Shown piece by piece: positions 1 to 9,045 of a stretch of 64,000 bases of DNA. The stretch's first letter is position 1. Every line of letters begins with the position of its first letter. The notes under the pieces were generated by a model. It was not told the origin of the DNA. It made no database searches and was given only the letters and a program-made list of their open reading frames with translations. A program made the position numbers and the translations under genes. The DNA is from Chloroflexota bacterium. GTDB lineage: Bacteria; Chloroflexota; UBA11872; VXNJ01. The stretch lies in the NCBI GenBank assembly GCA_030744875.1, contig JASLPR010000003.1, positions 3,128 through 67,127 on the forward strand, read 5' to 3'.

Positions 1-271
1 GCTCACGTTCGACGAAGGAGAAGATGTCCTCGTCGTCAGCGCTGTCGGGGATGCCGGCGGCCAGCACCCGCTCGCGGAGCCGGCCAAGGGCGTCGACCAG
101 GTGCTCGGATTCGACCTTCTTGATAATGCCGGTGCGGCCGAGCATTTCGGCATGGGTGATGCTGGCCGAGATGTCCTCGGAAAAGAACCGCCGGTCGAAG
201 CCGAACGACGCCGTGAAGTCGGTGGCCTTGCTGCCGCCGCCGTCGCCGAAGCGCCCGCCCCAGAGGATCAT
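1..271 (-). CDS. argH: argininosuccinate lyase, N-terminal part (gene runs off the left edge)
   Basis: Absent from the ORF track because it is truncated. Minus-strand translation from ATG at 269-271 reads MILWGGRFGDGGGSKATDFTASFGFDRRFFSEDISASITHAEMLGRTGII, which is the conserved LWGGRF / S.AH..ML N-terminus of ArgH. The ATG overlaps the argG stop (ATGA, 268-271). Confidence 0.85.
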   Translation of the reverse strand, partial: MILWGGRFGDGGGSKATDFTASFGFDRRFFSEDISASITHAEMLGRTGIIKKVESEHLVDALGRLRERVLAAGIPDSADDEDIFSFVERE

Positions 272-1509
272 GCGGGATCGTCGTTGTCGGGCCGCGGCAG
301 GACCGGGGCGGGCCCGGCGGCGCCGAGTTGCAGCCGGGCCTGGGTCTGCTGGCTGAGCCCGTGGAGTTTGATGAAGCCGATGGCGGCCTCGTGGTCGAAG
401 GTGTCGTCTTCGCCGTAGGTGGCCAGCTCTTCACGATAGAGGGCGTCGTCCGACTTGCGGCCGACAACCGCGCAGTCACCTTTGTAGAGCTTGACCCGCA
501 CGGAGCCGTTGACGTTCTTCTGGTTGATCTGGATGTAGGCCGAAAGCTCACGGTGGAGGCCGGAGAACCAGAGCCCGTCGTAGACCATGCGGGCGTATTC
601 GTGGGAGACGAGGCGCTTGAAGCGCTCCTGTTCGCGGCTGAGGGTCATGGTTTCGAGGGCGCGGTGGGCGGTGTGCAGTACGGTGGCGGCGGGCTGCTCG
701 TAAATCTCGCGGGACTTGATGCCGATGAGGCGGTTTTCGACATGATCCGTCCGGCCGACGCCGTGGGCGCCGCCGAGGTCGTGGAGCCGCTGGATCAGAT
801 CGACGCCGTCGAGCGGCTCGCCGTCGAGCGCCGTCGGGATGCCGTGCTCGAAGGCGATCTCGACGTAGGCGGGCTTGTCGGGAGCGGTGGCCGGGTCGAC
901 GGTCCATTCGTAGACGTCGGTGGGGGGCTCATTCCAGGCGTCTTCGAGGATGCCGGCTTCGATGCTGCGGCCCCAGAGGTTTTCGTCGGTGCTGTAGGGG
1001 CTCTCTTTCGTAACCGGGATCTCGATGCCGTGCTCGGCGGCGTAGGCGATTTCCTGGTCGCGGTTCATGCTCCATTCGCGCATCGGGGCGATGATCTTGA
1101 GATCGGGATCGAGGGTCATGATCGACACGTCGAAGCGGACCTGGTCGTTGCCTTTGCCGGTGGAGCCGTGGGCTACGGCGGTGGCGCCGATTTCGTGGGC
1201 GAGTTCGACCATCAGCCAGGAGATCAGCGGCCGGCCGAGGGCGGTGGCGAGGTAGTAGGCGTCTTCGTAGACGGCACCGGCCTGCAGCGCCGGCCAGACG
1301 AATTGGTCGACGAACATGCGGCGGGCGTCGGTGACGTGGGCGTCGACGGCGCCGACATCAAGGGCGCGCCGCCGGATGGGCTCGAGATCGCGTTCCTGGC
1401 CGAGGTTGGCGGTGAAGGTGACGACTTCAAGGTTGTACTGGTCGGCGATCCATTTGATCGCGACGGAGGTATCGAGTCCGCCGGAATAGGCGAGTACGAC
1501 TTTGTCCAA
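268..1509 (-). CDS. argG: argininosuccinate synthase
   Basis: 413-aa ORF. N-terminus MDKVVLAYSGGLDTSV is the ATP-pyrophosphatase motif. Full-length family resemblance. Confidence 0.97.
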   Translation of the reverse strand: MDKVVLAYSGGLDTSVAIKWIADQYNLEVVTFTANLGQERDLEPIRRRALDVGAVDAHVTDARRMFVDQFVWPALQAGAVYEDAYYLATALGRPLISWLMVELAHEIGATAVAHGSTGKGNDQVRFDVSIMTLDPDLKIIAPMREWSMNRDQEIAYAAEHGIEIPVTKESPYSTDENLWGRSIEAGILEDAWNEPPTDVYEWTVDPATAPDKPAYVEIAFEHGIPTALDGEPLDGVDLIQRLHDLGGAHGVGRTDHVENRLIGIKSREIYEQPAATVLHTAHRALETMTLSREQERFKRLVSHEYARMVYDGLWFSGLHRELSAYIQINQKNVNGSVRVKLYKGDCAVVGRKSDDALYREELATYGEDDTFDHEAAIGFIKLHGLSQQTQARLQLGAAGPAPVLPRPDNDDPA

Positions 1510-1612
1510 GGGGGCTGTCCTTATTCTGGCGGCCCACCCAGTCTTACTGGTGGTGCCACTCCTGTGACCGGCGGGAGTGACCCGGTCCGGCGGGTAGATA
1601 TTAGCCGGATTC

Positions 1613-2794
1613 CTACAGAGTGCCGCCGATGATGGCGACCGCCTGGTCGATTTCGGCGTCTTCGACGTTCAAGGGAGGCACCAGGCGCACGGTGGCAGCA
1701 TCGACTTTGACCAGGATCAGGCCGTCGGCGCGGGACTGCGCGACGACGTGGTCGGCGGTGTCGGGAGAGTCGAACTGGACGCCGTTGAGGAGGCCGACAC
1801 CGCGGACATCGAAGACTTTGCCGGTGTCGCGCAGGGCTTCGAGTCCGGAGCGGACGCGCTGGCCTTTGGCGATGACGGCGTCGAGGAACCCGGGGCCCTG
1901 GACAGCTTCGACGACGACTTTGGCGGCGGCGCACATGAGGGGGCTGCCGCCGAAGGTGTTGCCGTGGTCGCCGGGGCGCAGGGTGCAGGCGTCTTCTTTA
2001 AAGAGGGTGGCGCCGATGGGGACGCCGCCGCCGAGGCCCTTGGCCAGGGTGATGATGTCGGGTTCGACGCCGTAGTGCTGGTACCCGTAGAAGGAGCCGA
2101 GGCGGCCGATGCCGGTCTGGACTTCGTCGAAGATCAGCAGGAGATTGTCTTCATCGCAGAGTTCGCGCAGGCCCTCGATGTAGCTCCCGTCGCCGGGCCA
2201 GATGCCGCCTTCGCCCTGGACCAACTCGACCATGATGGCGCAGGTGGTGTCGGAGATGGCGGCGCGCATGGCGTCGAGGTCGTTGTATTCGACCTGGCCG
2301 AAGCCCTCGGGCATGGGGTCGAAGTTGACCTGGTAGGCCCGCGTACCGGTGGCGGCGGTGGTGGCCAGGGTACGGCCGTGGAAGGAGCGGTTGGTGGTGA
2401 TGACTTCGTAGGCGCCGTCGCGGTTGAGCTTGCCGTGCTTGCGGGCGGCCTTCATGGCGGTCTCGGTGGCCTCGCCGCCGCTGTTGACGTAGAAGATGCG
2501 GTCTAGGCAGGTGTCGTCGAGCAGCAGTTGGGCGAGCTCGAGTTGCGGGACGGTGTGATAGAGGCTGGAGGTGTGGACCAGGGTGCGCGCTTGCGAGTAG
2601 AGGGCGGCGGCGATGTCGGGATGGGAATGGCCGAGGGTGTTGGTGGCGATTCCGGCCACGAAGTCCAGGTATTCCTTGCCGGTGTCGTCCCAGAGGCGGG
2701 TGCCCTGGCCGCGCACGAACGTCTCCGGGGCGCGGCCGAAGGTGGGGGCGTAGTACTGCTTTTCGACGGCCGGCCAGTCGGTGGCCTGGTTCAT
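1613..2794 (-). CDS. argD: acetylornithine aminotransferase (class III PLP aminotransferase)
   Basis: 393-aa ORF with class-III aminotransferase motifs (FHGRT, DEVQTG.GR.G) in an arg-cluster context. GGAGGG RBS upstream. Confidence 0.92.
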   Translation of the reverse strand: MNQATDWPAVEKQYYAPTFGRAPETFVRGQGTRLWDDTGKEYLDFVAGIATNTLGHSHPDIAAALYSQARTLVHTSSLYHTVPQLELAQLLLDDTCLDRIFYVNSGGEATETAMKAARKHGKLNRDGAYEVITTNRSFHGRTLATTAATGTRAYQVNFDPMPEGFGQVEYNDLDAMRAAISDTTCAIMVELVQGEGGIWPGDGSYIEGLRELCDEDNLLLIFDEVQTGIGRLGSFYGYQHYGVEPDIITLAKGLGGGVPIGATLFKEDACTLRPGDHGNTFGGSPLMCAAAKVVVEAVQGPGFLDAVIAKGQRVRSGLEALRDTGKVFDVRGVGLLNGVQFDSPDTADHVVAQSRADGLILVKVDAATVRLVPPLNVEDAEIDQAVAIIGGTL

Positions 2795-2883
2795 GGGATT
2801 CCCTCCTGTGGGCGAGCGAACGGAGATTGTAGCAGTGGTGGCCGGGGTTGCTGGCGAGTTGGGGCGGGATTGTGGCGGGGCGC

Positions 2884-3687
2884 TCAGCCGCGGGCGAAAC
2901 AGGTGCCGGAATCGCCCTCGCCGCTGAGTTGGGCGATGACCGCGCCGGGAGCGCCGCCGTCAACGATGTGGACTTCGTCGACGCGGTCGAGTCGCCGCAG
3001 GGCCGAGTCGATTTTCGGGATCATGCCGCCGGTGACAGTGCCACTGGCCTTAAGTTCGGCGGCGGAGCCGGGCGTCACCAGAGGGATAGTGCCGCCGGCG
3101 TCGTCGAGCACCCCGGGGACGTTGCTGATAAAGACCAGCCGGGCCGCGCCGAGCGCGGCGGCGACCTCCCCGGCCAGGGTGTCGGCGTTGATGTTGTAGA
3201 GCTGCGCGTCGTCACCGGCGGCTATTGGCGCGACGACCGGGACGAGGTCGGCCGTGGTGAGGGTCTCCAGAACGGCGGCCTCGATGGCGAGGACTTCGCC
3301 GACAAAGCCGAGGCCGGGCGGATCGAGCTGCGCGGCGACGGTGACCAGGCGGCCGTCGACTCCGGTGAGGCCGACGGCGTTGACGCCGTCGGCGCGGAGT
3401 TGGGCGACGATTGCGGTGTTCACCTTGCCGGCGAAGACGCTCACGGCGACATCGAGGGTCCGGGCATCGGTGGCGCGGAGCCCTTTGATGAAGTTGGACT
3501 CCAGGCCGGCGGCTTCGAGGGCGGCGGAGAGTTCGCGGCCGCCGCCGTGGACGATGGTGACGTGGGCGGCGGCCTCGAGGAGGGCAAGCACCTCAAGCGC
3601 GATGGCGTCCAGGTCGATCTCGGCCGCGCCGCCGACTTTGAGGACTACATGCCGGCCGGCCAGCCCGGCCAGGGCGGACCCGGACAT
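2884..3687 (-). CDS. argB: acetylglutamate kinase
   Basis: 267-aa ORF with amino-acid-kinase fold motifs (VVLKVGG, NINAD). The ATG shares one base with the argJ stop (TGATG at 3685-3689). Confidence 0.95.
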   Translation of the reverse strand: MSGSALAGLAGRHVVLKVGGAAEIDLDAIALEVLALLEAAAHVTIVHGGGRELSAALEAAGLESNFIKGLRATDARTLDVAVSVFAGKVNTAIVAQLRADGVNAVGLTGVDGRLVTVAAQLDPPGLGFVGEVLAIEAAVLETLTTADLVPVVAPIAAGDDAQLYNINADTLAGEVAAALGAARLVFISNVPGVLDDAGGTIPLVTPGSAAELKASGTVTGGMIPKIDSALRRLDRVDEVHIVDGGAPGAVIAQLSGEGDSGTCFARG

Positions 3688-4961
3688 CAGGTGGTGTAGT
3701 CGGCGTTGATGGTTACGTATTCGTGGCTCAGGTCGCAGCCCCAGGCCGTAGCCGTCTGCGTGCCGAGGTGCAGGTCGAGGCGGATCAGGGAACGCGGTTG
3801 GGCCATGTGCTCGGAGGCAGCGCTCTCGTCGAAGGCGACCGGGAGGCCGCTGGCGAGGACCTGGAATTCGCCGATCCAGGCGTCGACGCGGTCGGGGTCG
3901 AAGCGGGCGCCGCTGTAGCCGGCGGCGCAGAGCATGCGGCCGAAGTTGGGGTCGGCGCCGTAGACGGCGGCCTTCATGAGGCTGGAGGCGCTGATGGCCC
4001 GGGAGATCAGGTGGGCGTCGGCCTCGGTGGAGGCGCCGGCGACGGTGACTTCGAAGATCCGAGTGGCGCCCTCGCCGCCGCGCACGATCTCGACCGCCAG
4101 GTGCAGGGCGAGGGCGCGAAAGGCGGCGGCGAACTCGTCGAAGTCAGCGGTACCGGGTTCGAGGGTGACGCCGGCGGCGCCGTTGGCCAGGAAGGCGACG
4201 GTGTCGTTGGTGGAGCTGTCGCCGTCGACGGAGATGGTGTTGAAGGTGACGTCGACGACTTCGCGGGTGAGCTCGCGGAGGGCGTCGAGCGGCAGATCGG
4301 CGTCGGTGGTGAAGTAGGCGAGCATGGTGGCCATGTCGGGATGGATCATCCCGGAGCCTTTGCACATGCCGCCGATGCGGACTTTGCCGGTGGTGAGGTC
4401 GAGTTCGAGTGCGGCCTGTTTGGGGAAGGGGTCGGTGGTGAGGAGGGCGGCGGCGGCGTCGCCGGCGCCGTCGCGGGATAGCTCAACGGCGTCGATGCCT
4501 TTGTTGATGAGATCCATGTCCAGCGGCACGCCGATGACGCCGGTGGAGGAGACCAGTACCAGATCGGGCTCGATGCCGAGCTTCGCGCCCGCGCCGGCGG
4601 CCATGGCCGCCGTGTCGCGGAAACCCTGTTCGCCGGTGGCGGCGTTGGCGTTGCCGCTGTTGTAGACGATCGCCCGCGCCACCCCGCGGCCAACGACGGC
4701 GCGGTCGTAGCGCACCCCCGGCGAGGCAAAGACGTTGCGGGTGAAGGTGGCGGCCACGGCGCAGTCGCCGTGCTCCGAAAACACGATGCCCAGGTCGAGA
4801 TTACCGGAGGGCTTGATGCCGCAGGCGAGGCCGCCGGCGACGAATCCCAGGGGAGCGGTGACTCCCGACTCAACTTGTCTGTATTCGTCGAGTTCCTTCA
4901 CAACGCGATCGCTAGGGGTAAAGAGGGGCGACGGCGAGGCCGGCGGTCTCGTCGAGGCCAA
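3687..4961 (-). CDS. argJ: bifunctional ornithine acetyltransferase / N-acetylglutamate synthase
   Basis: 424-aa ORF with the ArgJ family signature, including the autoproteolysis region ATMLAYFTTDA. The annotated ATG overlaps argC by 50 nt. An in-frame GTG at 4901, 10 nt after the argC stop, is an alternative start. Confidence 0.93.
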   Translation of the reverse strand: MASTRPPASPSPLFTPSDRVVKELDEYRQVESGVTAPLGFVAGGLACGIKPSGNLDLGIVFSEHGDCAVAATFTRNVFASPGVRYDRAVVGRGVARAIVYNSGNANAATGEQGFRDTAAMAAGAGAKLGIEPDLVLVSSTGVIGVPLDMDLINKGIDAVELSRDGAGDAAAALLTTDPFPKQAALELDLTTGKVRIGGMCKGSGMIHPDMATMLAYFTTDADLPLDALRELTREVVDVTFNTISVDGDSSTNDTVAFLANGAAGVTLEPGTADFDEFAAAFRALALHLAVEIVRGGEGATRIFEVTVAGASTEADAHLISRAISASSLMKAAVYGADPNFGRMLCAAGYSGARFDPDRVDAWIGEFQVLASGLPVAFDESAASEHMAQPRSLIRLDLHLGTQTATAWGCDLSHEYVTINADYTT

Positions 4962-5940
4962 GCATCAGGTTGGCGTTCTGGACTCCCTGGCCGGCGGCGC
5001 CTTTGACGAGGTTGTCGATGACGCCGAATGCGACCAGACGGCGGCCGGTCTGGTCGAGCACGGCGTGCAGGAAGCTGTGATTGGTCCCGGCGACCCATTT
5101 GGTGCGCGGCGGGACCTCGCTGTAGTGCAGGAAGGGTTCGTCGCGGCAGAAGTCGCGGTAGACGGCGGCGATGTCAGCGGCGCTGGTCGATTGGCGCAAG
5201 GTGGCGTAGCAGGTGGCGAGGATGCCGCGGGTCATCGGAACCAGGTGGGGGACGAAATTGACGGCGACCGGCGCGCCGGCCAGTGCGGTTAGCTCCTGGG
5301 TCATTTCGGCGCTGTGACGGTGGCCGGCGACGCCGTAGGCGTGGACGCTCCCGTTGACTTCGGAGTAGTGACTGTCGAGCTTCAGCGAACGGCCCGCGCC
5401 CGACACGCCGGACTTGGCGTCGACGATTACGTCGGGCTCGACGATGCTGGCGGCGAAGGCCGGGGCGAGGGCGAGCAGGGTTGCGGTGGGGTAGCAGCCG
5501 GGATTGCCGACGATGGTGGTGGAGCGGATGGCGTCGCGGTGGATCTCGGTGAGGCCATAGACCGTGCGGTCGAGTAGTTCCGGGGCCGGATGGTTGCTGT
5601 CGTACCAGCGTTTGAATTCGGCGGCGTCGTTGAGTCGGAAGTCGGCGCTGACGTCGATGACCGGCACCCCGGCGGCGATGAACGGCAGCAGCGCCGGGGC
5701 CGAAACGGCGTGGGGCAGGCAGGAGAAGACCAGGTCAAGCGAGCCGTCGAGGTCGGGAGTGAGTGTCAGCGTGGCGACGGTCGGGTCGGTGGCGCGCAGG
5801 TGCGGGAAGACTTCGCCGAGAGCCTTGCCGGCCTGCGAACGGGCCGTGACCGCCGTGACCGCGAGCCCGGGATGGCCGGCGAGCAGCCGGATGAGGTCAA
5901 TGCCGAAGTAGCTGGTGGCGTTGATGATGCCGACGTTCAT
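4912..5940 (-). CDS. argC: N-acetyl-gamma-glutamyl-phosphate reductase
   Basis: The conserved N-terminus MNVGIINATSYFG starts at the internal ATG 5938-5940. The 73 upstream codons of the track ORF look non-coding. Active-site region GNPGCYPT is present. Confidence 0.94.
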   Translation of the reverse strand: MNVGIINATSYFGIDLIRLLAGHPGLAVTAVTARSQAGKALGEVFPHLRATDPTVATLTLTPDLDGSLDLVFSCLPHAVSAPALLPFIAAGVPVIDVSADFRLNDAAEFKRWYDSNHPAPELLDRTVYGLTEIHRDAIRSTTIVGNPGCYPTATLLALAPAFAASIVEPDVIVDAKSGVSGAGRSLKLDSHYSEVNGSVHAYGVAGHRHSAEMTQELTALAGAPVAVNFVPHLVPMTRGILATCYATLRQSTSAADIAAVYRDFCRDEPFLHYSEVPPRTKWVAGTNHSFLHAVLDQTGRRLVAFGVIDNLVKGAAGQGVQNANLMLGLDETAGLAVAPLYP

Positions 5941-6034
5941 GTCCGGTGAAGCCGCTCCTTTTTGGAAGTTCGCAGTATAGCCGCCGATACAGGGGGAACG
6001 GAGGCCGGGGTCCCGGGGTGACGGGGGCCGTAGA

Positions 6035-6445
6035 ATGGCGGACCAACCGAAGGAGGGCGCCGTGGCCGCGATCAAGATCACGATGGGCGAACTGGAACTG
6101 CTGGCCGACCTGAACGAGTCGGATACGGCCGACACGATCCTGGCGGCGCTGCCGATCACCGGCTCGGCGAGTACTTGGGGCGATGAGATTTATTTTGGCA
6201 TCCCGGTGTCGGCTGATGCGGAGGAGGGCGCGCGGGCGGTGGTGTCGAAGGGGGAGTTGGCGTATTGGCCGCCGGGTTCGGCGTTCTGTATCTTCTGGGG
6301 GGCGACGCCGGCCAGCCGCTCGCCGGACGAAATTCGCGCCGCCAGCGAAGTGAATCCGCTGGGCCAGTTGCGCACGGTGCCGGTGGCGGAGTTGCGCGCC
6401 GTGGGGATGGGCGAGGCCGTGCTGATCGAGTTGGCCGAGGAGTAG
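6035..6445 (+). CDS. cyclophilin-like superfamily protein (TM1367-like, function unknown)
   Basis: 136-aa ORF. The pattern GELELLADLNESDTA...LP...WGDEIYF...GELAYWPPG..FCIFWG matches my recollection of the cyclophilin-like small-protein family. Divergent from argC. Confidence 0.65.
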   Translation: MADQPKEGAVAAIKITMGELELLADLNESDTADTILAALPITGSASTWGDEIYFGIPVSADAEEGARAVVSKGELAYWPPGSAFCIFWGATPASRSPDEIRAASEVNPLGQLRTVPVAELRAVGMGEAVLIELAEE

Positions 6446-6511
6446 CCGGCAGCCAGGCAGCAACCAGCCTGGCCCCGGAACCCGCCCCCAACAGCCCCGA
6501 ACCAGCGCGGA

Positions 6512-7726
6512 CTAGCCGGCGGCGCCTTCGTAGGTACCGAGCGTCCGGTCCATGACGGATTCCCAGGTGAAGGTGGATAGGGCGCGCTCGCGGCCGCGCC
6601 GGCCCCATTCGGCGGCGCGAGTGGGGTCTTGCAGGCACTGGGCAATGCCCCAGGCGACGTCTTCGGCGGAGTTGCCGTCGACGTGGATGCCGCACTGCTC
6701 GGGGCCTTCAGGAATGACCTGCTCGCGGAACCCGACCAGGCCGCGTGCCCCGACGACGACCGGCTTGGCCATGGACATGGCCTCCAGAGACACGATGCCG
6801 AACGGCTCGTAGAGCGAGGGGAAGATGCAGATGTCGGGGGCCGAGTAATGGGCGATGCGCTCGTCTTCGCTGACGAATTCGCTGCGCAGGACGACGCTGC
6901 CGCCGATGTCCAGGGCGTTGATGCGCTCTTCGACGATCGGCTGGAACTCGCCGGAGCCGAGGATGACCATCCGCGCCTCGGGCGAAATGGCGGCGACGTT
7001 GGGCCAGCCTTCGATCAGTGGCAGGACGCCCTTGACCGACGTGAGCCGGCCGATGAAGAGCGTGACCAGGTCGTCGGTCGCGAAGCCGTATTCCGCGCGG
7101 ACCCGCTGCCGGCCGGGAGCGTCGGGGTGGTAGCGGGCCGGGTCGATGCCGTTCCAGACGGCGTGGGTGGTCTCGGGATTGAAGCTGTGCTCGAGGAGGT
7201 CTTCGCGCATGGCCAGACTGACCGTGATGACGGCGTCCGCCTGGTGGCCGAGCTCTTCTTCCCAGTAGGTGACGGTGGGGGAGCCGCCGCCGCCCATGCG
7301 GCCCCATTCGGCGCTGTGGATGTGGAAGACCATCGGGGCCAGCTCGTGCCGGGCCAGCGCCAGCCCGGCCGGGGCGTTGAGCCAATCCTGCACGGCGATG
7401 AGGTCGAACGGTATCTCGGCGTGCTGCTCGAGGACCTTGCCGACTCAGAGGAGATTGGAGAGGTAGAGATCGTTGAAGGAAACGTCCCACTGCTGCAACT
7501 GCGCGTTGACCACACCCGGAAAACTGCCGGAGATGTCGTAGACCCGCGGCCTGATGACGCGCACGCAGTTCTCGATGGCGTCTTCGGGCTGGGGGCCGTG
7601 GTTGGGCGTGAAGACGGTGACGTCCTGGCCGAGCTTGACCAATTCGCGGACGGCGTACTGGCTGTAGACGCCGAGGCCGACGACGACGTTGGGCGGGTAT
7701 GCCCAGGTGAGGAAGGCTATGCGCAT
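6512..7726 (-). pseudogene. GT4-family glycosyltransferase (glycogen-synthase-like) interrupted by one in-frame TGA
   Basis: Track ORFs 7445..7726 (MRIAFLTWAYPPNVVVGLGVY, GT-B N-terminal domain) and 6512..7393 (C-terminal domain with E.FG..SLEAM) are in the same frame (7726, 7447 and 7393 are all 1 mod 3). They are joined by 17 open codons and separated only by TGA at 7445-7447 (...LSNLL*VGKVLEQH...). Confidence 0.8.
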
Positions 7727-7768
7727 GGTCGGGACGGCCCGTCTGGATTGAATGGGGTTACGGGCAGC

Positions 7769-8977
7769 CTACCGGTAATCATCGAGCGCATTAATGGAAT
7801 TCTTGTAGACGCACTGGTGCTCCCAGACCATCTGGTCGAGCCCCAGATGACGCCAGGAGACGGGGGTGAAGTAGGCGGAGACCTCGGCCTCGGAGCCGGT
7901 GGCGTTGATGGCCTGCAGCCAGTGGAGGTTGTCGGACTGACTGAGCCAGAGGGCGATGTCGACGAGGTCCTCGTCGCCGGTGAGGCGGGCCTTGTTTAGC
8001 GCGGTGATCATGAGCCGGAAGACCGCCTGCTGTTGGCGGTTGCCAAGGAAGAAATCCATGCTGCCGCTGGCGCCGGCCCAGGTGACCGGGAACGGCGGGA
8101 GCGGGATCTGGTGGCTGCGCGGGCCGAAGTACTCGATGGCTTCGGACGGGAGCAGCGAGGTAATGCCCCGTTTGCGCAACGCGGCGGGCAGCGCGCGCAG
8201 GAACTCGAAGATGCCGGTGCCGTGGTTGTGGTGGTGGCCGAAGGTTTCGAGATCCCAGGCCAGCGTAACCAGATCGCCGGGCGTTTCGTCGATCCAGCGG
8301 GCGTATTCGTCGGCGAGCAGCGGCCAACCGTCCCAGGAGTGGTTCGAGAAGTGGTGGCCGACGTCGTTGCTGAGGTCGAAGTGGCGGGTGAGCAGCTTGA
8401 CCGGCAGCCCGGCGTGGTAGAGATGGGCGGCGGAACGCCACTGCATGACCCACGGGCGGCCGTCCATGAACGCGCCGCTGAAGCCGGCCTCGTGGATGGC
8501 GCGGTAGATGTCGCTGGACATCATCATCTCGGTGGTGTCGGTGACGGTCGGGCGCACGCCGAAGTGCGCGTGGAGGCCGTCGCCGGCCAGCCGCATGAGG
8601 TCGATGAAGTCGCTGAGGCTGAAGAGCAGGCTGGTGCCGTGATAGGGGGTGACGCCGATCAGCTCGGCCCCGGGTTTGGCGACCAGCTTCTGGAATCGAG
8701 CCAGCAACGGCGGGTCCCATTTCTCGAACTGCCGCAAGACTGAAAGCGAGAAGCCGATGCCGAGCTTCATGCCGTCGTCGAGCATGTCGCTCCAGGCCTG
8801 CGCCGCCGGGTGGTAGCACCATTTGCCGATGACATCGAGGTAGTGCTTGTCGAGCTCCGGATCGAAGAGCAACTCGGCCATGTCGGCCGGGCTGGCCCCG
8901 GCCTCGATGGGGCGGGCGGGGAGACGAACGCGGCGTGGTTGATGGATCAACGAGTAGACGACCAGGTGCTTAGCCAT
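7769..8977 (-). CDS. glycoside hydrolase family 57 protein (alpha-glucan-acting)
   Basis: 402 aa from ATG 8975-8977 (MAKHLVVYSLIHQP). The DLETFGHH region and overall pattern resemble GH57. Uninterrupted. Confidence 0.78.
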   Translation of the reverse strand: MAKHLVVYSLIHQPRRVRLPARPIEAGASPADMAELLFDPELDKHYLDVIGKWCYHPAAQAWSDMLDDGMKLGIGFSLSVLRQFEKWDPPLLARFQKLVAKPGAELIGVTPYHGTSLLFSLSDFIDLMRLAGDGLHAHFGVRPTVTDTTEMMMSSDIYRAIHEAGFSGAFMDGRPWVMQWRSAAHLYHAGLPVKLLTRHFDLSNDVGHHFSNHSWDGWPLLADEYARWIDETPGDLVTLAWDLETFGHHHNHGTGIFEFLRALPAALRKRGITSLLPSEAIEYFGPRSHQIPLPPFPVTWAGASGSMDFFLGNRQQQAVFRLMITALNKARLTGDEDLVDIALWLSQSDNLHWLQAINATGSEAEVSAYFTPVSWRHLGLDQMVWEHQCVYKNSINALDDYR

Positions 8978-9045
8978 TAGCGCCAGGCCATTTGGGTGGA
9001 GGCCATCAAGGGGAGCTTGCGCAAAAGGACGCCGATGGCCTCTTG

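Noticed and set aside
328-1632. Long antisense or alternative-frame ORFs throughout the track. Examples: 328..1632 +, 6629..7999 +, 11606..13141 -, 14473..15579 -, 46995..48683 -, 53857..56064 -, 56237..57751 -, 59817..61013 +.
   Set aside because: These are typical high-GC artefacts. Their translations are Arg/Pro/Gly/His-rich low-complexity sequence, and each is fully overlapped by an opposite-strand or other-frame gene with clear family motifs.
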